Shown here piece after piece: positions 7,339 to 10,749 of a stretch of 10,749 nt of DNA. Location of the stretch: positions 1 through 10,749 of the forward strand of contig NW_021827421.1 in the NCBI RefSeq assembly GCF_006345805.1, written 5' to 3'. The position numbers and the translations under genes were made by a program. Source of the stretch: Octopus sinensis (taxonomy: Eukaryota). Each line of letters begins with the position of its first letter. Positions within the stretch are counted from its first letter, which is position 1. The notes under the pieces are model-generated. The model had not been told where the DNA came from and ran no database searches. It worked only from the letters and a program-made list of their open reading frames with translations.

Positions 7339-9182
7339 TTAACTTTGATCAATAGGGGAAACATGAAATTGTTTCATTTCTGACAAAATTTTGTCCAACT
7401 GAGGTTCAAAATGAGTGGTTCCAATAACAAGCAATGCATTTAAATGTTCATCAGACATTGTGATCTGTAGCAGGATTTTGTGTATTTCATCTTTGAAAAA
7501 GTCTTCTCACACAAATATGTGGTGCCAAAAACTGAAATGAATTCACAAACACAGGCTAAACCTTAAATGAAGAAATTGGTCGGATGGAAGGCATTTGTAG
7601 AATTCAATCAAATTTCCCTCTTTATATTTGTCCTTCAGGATGTCATTGGATTGCAAATCAATAACTTCCATTTGTAACTCAGAAGGAAGTCTCCAATAAC
7701 AGAGTTAAATGGATTTTCAAAAATTCTTAGTTTTGAAGAACATGCATCAAGATCAGAAAAACGTTCTTCAAACTGTTGTTTCAAAGCTAAAATGATATCT
7801 TGAGTAAACAAGTTTGGAAATGGAGTGGCAGCTTCCTGTCTATATTTGTCACATATCGTGAAAAATGAGTAAAGCAGCTTCTTGTTAACTGACTTTCAAA
7901 TAGTATTAATTTCTTACGAAAAGCTTTCACCTTTGAGTACAAATCACAGATGAGTGAAGTTTCACCTTGTATCCGTAGGTTGAAATCATTGAGATGCATA
8001 GTTAAATCGGCTGAAAATGCTAATTTCCAGAGCCATTCACTGTCTTTGAGCAACACCTGTGAATGGTTTTTCTCATTTAAAAATATTTCAATTTCAGTTC
8101 GAAGCTCAAAAAATCTAGCCAGAATTTTTCCATAGCTAAGCCATCTTACTGAAGTATAGTAAGGTAGGTCTGGAAACTCAGCATTCATTTCCTCCAAGAA
8201 ATCACGAAATTGGCGATGTTTGAGTCCATGAGATCTTATGTAGTTAACAGTGGAAATCACAGGATCTAATACAGATGATAAATCAAGATGCTTTCCACAC
8301 AGTGCTTGCTGATGAAGAATACAATGCAATACCAAAGGTTTCAATCCCCGGAATTCTCAATTACTTTGTTAATAATTTGCCCAACTAAGCCCTTTTTGGT
8401 TCCACACATATTTCTGCCACCATCTGTTGTTATGCATTTTAGTTTTTTCCATTCCAAATTATACTCAGCCACTGACTTTTCCACTTCTCTAAAAATATCT
8501 ATGCCTGTTGTTGTTCCATGCATGCTGTGCACAGATACAAGTTCCTCAGTAATCTCAAAATTGGCATTTATTCCTCTGATGAACAATAACAATTGGGATG
8601 TGTCTGATACATCAATTGACTCATCAAGTGCAACAGAAAAGCATACAAACAAACTGCTGGCTTTGTCTTTTAGCTGTGATTTAATATTTCTTTCAATATG
8701 TTCAACCCTACGAGCAACAGTGTTCGCAGAAAGACTAATTGCGGAAATAATCAAATCTACGTTTTCTGGACACATTTCCTTAGCTACCTCATTCAAGCAC
8801 TTTTTAATAAGTTCACCATCTGTAATGGCTTACCTTTCTTCGCCAAAAGGTTAGCAACATGGAAGCTTGCTCTTGTTGCTCTCTCTTTTTCTACAGCCTT
8901 CTTCTTGAAAACAAACTGCATTGATGATAAATTCTTCTTTAATTTGTCAAATTTCTCTTTACGTAGCTGTCCAATGAATTGGTAGTACTGTGATGAATGC
9001 TTTTTTTCATAATGTCTCCGAATGTTGTACTCTTTAAGTACTGCAATTGTGTCGGTGCATATAACGCATAGTGCCTTGTTGTTTGACTCTATGACAAAAT
9101 AGTCTATGTTCCATTGTTCCTTAAAAACTCTACACTCAGAGTCGATTTTTCGTTTTCTTCCTTGAGCTAACATTTTTACCAT
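7339..9182 (-). pseudogene. hAT transposase (Charlie / GTF2IRD2-EPM2AIP1-like), about 610 aa when reconstructed, interrupted by at least 6 frameshifts
   Basis: ATG at 9182 (or 9173); RKRKIDSECRVF; BED-type finger CVIC...HYEKKH; KP(F)TDGELIK; ALDES (D 8623-8625); ITTDG (D 8422-8424); HCILH; VRW; ENPF; ELQMEVIDLQ; FGTTYLCEKTFS (E 7506-7508); SDEHL; stop at 7339-7341. Frameshifts near 8824, 8347, 7854, 7688, 7558 and 7458. Confidence 0.95.
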
Positions 9183-9331
9183 GGGTCGACAGATTTTGCT
9201 CGACGATATGTAAAAGGACGAAACAAGTAAAAACAATATTCACAGGTCACTCGATACGTGCATTCACTTCGGCAGCGACGACGACGACAATGACTCACAC
9301 TTGTGCACAACGAAAACGCCAAGTCTGTGCT

Positions 9332-9374
9332 GACTGACGGAATGCGCATCGAACTTTACTCCACGCTGATTGGC
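9332..9374 (-). promoter_or_regulatory. Candidate transposase core promoter (CCAAT box plus Inr-like motif)
   Basis: Minus strand GCCAATCAG at 9374-9366 and TCAGTC (TCAKTY Inr consensus) at 9337-9332, in a CpG-rich stretch 150-190 bp upstream of the ATG. The spacing is shorter than typical. Confidence 0.3.
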
Positions 9375-9948
9375 GACTGCACCAGGATTAGAAACCACCA
9401 CACACGTCAGGCTCAACCCTCTCTATTCATCGCTCGTGAGATGTAGGTAACATCGATAAATCGATATTTGTCTTCTTTTATTATACTAGGCACGGGACTT
9501 TTATTAACGTCATACTTGTCGTATCTGCTCTCTCGACAGTTGACGGAATAGGTTGACTTTTCTGCGCACATCAATAAAGCTAGAAATTGAATCTCTGCTT
9601 CATTGTAAGCAGCACCATCCATCTCACTGACAATCGCCTATTATCTAAGATGAATGATAGGTAGCTCCATAGCGAAGTTAATTCATTTTATGGTGGTTCT
9701 GATGGGTCAGTTAAAACGGGGGGAGTGGAAAAGAACCTATATTTACACTAAAGTTTAGTGTATAAATTTTTAATTCGCCGGCGCAATTTAAGACATTAAT
9801 TGATGGCAAATCAATTAGTCGTCTTGCGTCTATTTGCTGTACTATATTTGTCAAACGTATTAAAAGGGGTGTAAGTATATATTTTTTTGTATGATTTCGG
9901 CAAGGCTTGTTTTTCGACATTTGTTTTATAATTTTGGAGGACAGCTCG

Positions 9949-9996
9949 GCGGGCCGGATTAAAAACCTTGGCGGGCCGAATCCGGCCCGCGGGCCG
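9949..9996. repeat. hAT subterminal repeats (GCGGGCCG x3 plus one inverted copy) including the 14-bp palindrome CGGCCCGCGGGCCG
   Basis: GCGGGCCG at 9949-9956, 9971-9978 and 9989-9996; palindrome 9983-9996. Typical of transposase-binding subterminal sites in Charlie/Buster ends. Confidence 0.85.
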
Positions 9997-10154
9997 TACT
10001 TTGGAGACCCCTGGTCTAGAGGTACAATTCTTAGGTAGCATACATATGGTGTTTGATTCTTTAAAATTACTTAAAAATAACGAAAGTATATTTTACTTCA
10101 ATAATTATTCCTATGTATAACTGTAGTCATCACTCAGCTTCTATTTAATTATAT

Positions 10155-10658
10155 TCATTTCAATTTATTAAAATTTTTGAATGTATACTTAATCCTATGC
10201 ACACAGTAAAAACCTCTTTCTCTCTTATTGTTTAATAATTTGTATTTTGATGTAAGAATTTGATGAAGTTCCTCTACACAGAGTTCACATCATTTGTTCC
10301 CAATGCTATAAAATTTTGCCCAGCTAATTATTTCCCACCTAAGTGTATATTTCCTATTTTAATCCTTAATTGTCCAAGTTAGTTTACTAAGACTAACGCT
10401 TGCTTCTTTTCGTCTATACCTAAAGGTGTTTTCATGGTTCACAACCCTTTTTTAAATATACTTTTCAGTAGAAACTATATAGTAGTAATCCTTACCTTCT
10501 GAAGTTACCTTACACTCATGTATAACACCTTTTTTTCTACAAAAATTCCTAAATGGACATCGACCATCCTTCGTAAAACCACAGATTGTATTTCAAGGAT
10601 CATTTGTTGTTTCCTTACCTGATATGGTCCGCTTGTATACTATGTCTTCTGAGTGCTC
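10155..10658 (-). pseudogene. Penelope-like element GIY-YIG endonuclease domain (3' end of PLE ORF)
   Basis: One frame reads ...P*NTICGFTKDGRCPFRNFCRKKGVIHECKVTSEGKDYYYIVSTEKYI*KRVVNHENTFRYRRKEASVSLSKLTWTIKD*NRKYTLRWEIISWAKFYSIGNK*CELCVEELHQILTSKYKLLNNKRERGFYCVHRIKYTFKNFNKLK*, matching the PLE pattern CxCx5CPxxxxC, VIY..YIG, R..H, LSKxxW, WxI, CxLCxxE, LN, CxH. Internal stops at 10593-95, 10452-54, 10359-61 and 10290-92; terminal stop 10155-57. Confidence 0.9.
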
Positions 10659-10749
10659 TCTAGTACCGGTGGCCAATTCCCCATACAGGAGATCTTTTGG
10701 GATCTTTCCGTCCGGGATGGGATATACATAACCGAACCAGCACAAACTA
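10659..10749 (-). mobile_element. RTE-clade LINE ORF2 C-terminal fragment (runs off the window end)
   Basis: Translates as SLCWFGYVYPIPDGKIPKDLLYGELATGTR, matching the RTE motif LRWLGHVxRMxDGRIPKxLLYGELxxGxR. The usual following GRP and 3' tail are absent. Confidence 0.85.

Larger units (their letters stand above)
7151..10013 (-). mobile_element. Full-length hAT DNA transposon, Buster/Charlie group, 2863 bp
   Basis: Perfect 16-bp TIRs CAGGGGTCTCCAAAGT (7151-7166) and ACTTTGGAGACCCCTG (9998-10013); 8-bp TSD GTGTAGAG (7143-7150)/GTCTAGAG (10014-10021), 7/8 identical with central TA as in the Buster NNNTANNN target; GCGGGCCG subterminal repeats 9949-9996; internal transposase. Confidence 0.97.

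Noticed and set aside
8341-8830. Programmed -1 ribosomal frameshifting or introns linking the three ORFs
   Set aside because: No X XXY YYZ slippery heptamer at the junctions, no intron-sized gaps, and too many shifts; simple indels explain them.
7950-8985. Plus-strand ORFs 7950..8135, 8288..8854 and 8698..8985
   Set aside because: Antisense shadows of the transposase coding frame.
7339-9182. Domesticated host gene (GTF2IRD2, EPM2AIP1 or ZBED-like)
   Set aside because: Intact TIRs and TSD show it is a transposon copy, so no gene symbol is assigned.
9413-10041. Short minus-strand ORFs 9413..9622, 9711..9920 and 9811..10041 as accessory transposon genes
   Set aside because: Under 80 aa, no recognisable motifs, and they overlap TIR or subterminal sequence.
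10095-10135. Third hammerhead after the PLE stop (minus strand GTGATGA-CTA...TAG-GAAT-AATTATT)
   Set aside because: The position is suggestive but C3, GAAA and the cleavage-site pairing are all imperfect; could be chance in AT-rich DNA.

Overview
Eukaryotic, repeat-dominated window with no recognisable host exon. The SINE families match what I recall from Octopus/cephalopod genomes (inference, not searched). Layout: 1-1180 compound (CA)n minisatellite with about 15 copies of a 26-bp core; 1200-2130 microsatellites; 1661-3766 a dense cluster of tRNA-derived SINE copies/fragments plus a ~520-bp Tc2-type (Tc1/mariner) MITE; 3830-5150 microsatellites; 5150-7150 AT-rich decayed Penelope-like element (PLE) sequence with two convergent type I hammerhead-ribozyme motifs (5897-6025 on +, 6283-6377 on -); 7151-10013 a full-length 2863-bp hAT (Buster/Charlie group) DNA transposon on the - strand with perfect 16-bp TIRs, a 7/8 TSD and a ~610-aa transposase broken only by small indels; 10155-10658 a PLE GIY-YIG endonuclease pseudogene (-); 10659-10749 an RTE-clade LINE ORF2 fragment (-). 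Most ORF-track entries are microsatellite or antisense artefacts. All alignments and translations were done by eye.
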